NCBI GenBank assembly: GCA_900088475.1
Contig: FLMG01000782.1
Coordinates: 1 to 42,315 of the forward strand
Direction: 5' to 3'
DNA: 42,315 nt
Source of the DNA: Hyphochytrium catenoides
Lineage: Eukaryota > Protista > Hyphochytriomycota
Of this stretch, positions 40,695-42,315 are shown one piece after another. The translations under genes were made by a program, and so were the position numbers. The number at the start of each line of letters is the position of its first letter. Positions within the stretch are counted from its first letter, which is position 1. A model generated the notes under the pieces. That model was given only the letters and a program-made list of their open reading frames with translations. It searched no databases and was not told where the DNA came from.

Positions 40695-42315
40695 TCAGAT
40701 TGGCTTGAAGCCAGCTATCCTGTGCTTCCTTAGACATTTAGTTCCGCAGTACTGGAAAGTAAACTTGGNNNNNNNNNNNNNNNNNNNNNNNNNNNNNNNN
40801 NNNNNNNNNNNNNNNNTAGATCTAACAGCAAAAGGTGAGACAGAAGAAAGACGCCGGGGCAGAAAGTTCTTGAAGAGGTGCCCGTAACCGTAGCCTCCGT
40901 AACGCGTCCACTGGATGCGGAATCTCACTCCTTGGGACAGAAGCACTTGAGAGACGTACTTCCCTGACTCTAAGGAGCATAGCAGATCAATCGCCTATAG
41001 GTAACGACAGGGTGAGACAACACCGATACTGACTCTTCAACAAAAGCAGCCATCAATGGGGACAAAAGCGTAGCCACTTAGTATACCCCAAAAGAGTAGC
41101 CCTACTAGTACAAGACGGGCCTCAAACAAAGACAGGTGTAGGCGCGGCTCTCAGATAGAGAATTGAGCTTAAGTAGACGCCAGTCCCTGTAAGGAGTTTG
41201 AGAGGGAAGTCATTGACCAAAGTTGTCAATGTGAACAATCGGAGAGCGCTGAGGAGACAGAAGGGAACCGGTCAAAGAAGGACGTAATAACATAGCCCCA
41301 GCTTTTAGCATTCGTCGCCGCACTCACCTCAGCTATCTCTGCGTCCCTGGGCACTCTACTGATGCAGTTGAAGGTCTCCGCCCACCCTATCAGATCGAAA
41401 GACAAGTTCATCCCGATCTTAAGGATATCTTGGAGGTAGGGAAGATTTTTTATGTGAAGATCCATATGACAGAGAACGACTTTCGACAGGTCTCCACCTT
41501 CTCTCTGGATGTAGTCGACGATAGGGGTCACGAGAGAAGAGTGCCGGTCCATATCAAGAGATAGGAAGAGAGGGGCAGAGGTTGTAACATGAGCTTTTAC
41601 GGCCACTTCTAGCATCTTCATCTGCGCTTTGTCCGTGATGTCAGTGAGGAATATTTCTCCGATTAACCCCGCTCGGATCTCTGGGTGCTCCTGGAAGCCA
41701 AAAAGAAGATCTCTCTCCAATCTTATCTGTAGCTCTTTCACTTCTTCTTCCTCAGTGCCTGCAGAAGGGAAGACGTCTCAGTGGAAAGTATAGGTATCGC
41801 GAGGTTGTTCATAGTGTCGGATTTTTCTCCTTCCTCGCAGTCTAAGGTATATGCCTGCTTATCAGAATATCTTACGGATGCTTCTGCTTATCTTCCTTAA
41901 CCTATACTCTGTGTACTGACCTCTTGGCGCGGATCCAAGGACTATGCTAATGCCGGCTCTCTTGGAGATATCCTGGAGCGCCCTGACGTCTCTCTTGTCA
42001 TCGCCAGTGCTCATGTGAACTATAAGCAGGTGGCGAGAAGAAGCCAGAGAGGAAAAAGGTGCCTCTGTGCTACTGATGCAGGAGTAGCTCTTTTTTAGAC
42101 GCTCTAGCTCATAGGCGGCCTCATCTGGGTTTGAAAGCTGTAGGTTCTTGAGGTTACTGTACGGATTGTACTTGAGGTCTGCAAGGGTCTTCAAGCTAAT
42201 CTCTTCCATGTGCTCTGTTTGCTCGGCACCAGAGAGCAGGCGTTGGTAAAATAAATGGAGAGAGGCCGGCTTTTTCTCGTCATCCTTGTTCACGAAGTCT
42301 CCCAACAAATGCTCA
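40695..42315 (-). CDS. PTER: Phosphotriesterase-related (PTER/PHP family) protein with a C-terminal treble-clef-like motif; 5' end outside the window, assembly gap at 40769-40816
   Basis: EHLLGDF..YNPYSNLKNLQLSNPDEAAYEL..RDVRALQDISKRAGISIVLGS; IRAGLIGEI..VAVKAHVTTSAPL..GGDLSKVVLCHMD..LSFDLIG..PRDAEIAE|..VLLSQGVRFRIQWTRYGGYGYGHLFKNFLPR; after the gap KFTFQYCGTKCLRKHR..*. Confidence 0.85.

Overview
Gene-dense, intron-rich eukaryotic nuclear DNA from a draft assembly, with three N gaps and very abundant (AG)n/(CT)n microsatellites. The gene content suggests a protist, possibly a stramenopile (inference only). Most ORFs in the six-frame track are exon fragments or microsatellite artefacts. Stitching exons by GT-AG sites and reading phase gives these genes: PX+VPS9 Rab-GEF (+); beta-carbonic anhydrase with a mitochondrial-type presequence (-); RBBP4/MSI1 WD40 histone chaperone (-); lipid-A-disaccharide synthase LpxB (-); minor-spliceosome U11-48K/SNRNP48 with an extra PWI-like domain and RS tail (+); DHHC palmitoyltransferase (+); probable Mis14/Nsl1 kinetochore protein (-); an orphan multi-exon gene (-); a CENP-B/Tigger-type DNA-binding protein lacking the DDE domain (-); alanine aminotransferase (+); and a 5'-truncated PTER-like amidohydrolase with lost metal ligands and a C-terminal treble-clef-like motif (-). 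The most notable points are the SNRNP48-PWI fusion with U12-type 5' splice-site-like motifs in its introns, the PTER pseudo-enzyme/zinc-finger fusion, the likely domesticated transposase DNA-binding gene, the eukaryotic LpxB, and a recurring CCGTTAGCGG motif near gene starts. All exon models were built by eye and need RNA-seq confirmation.
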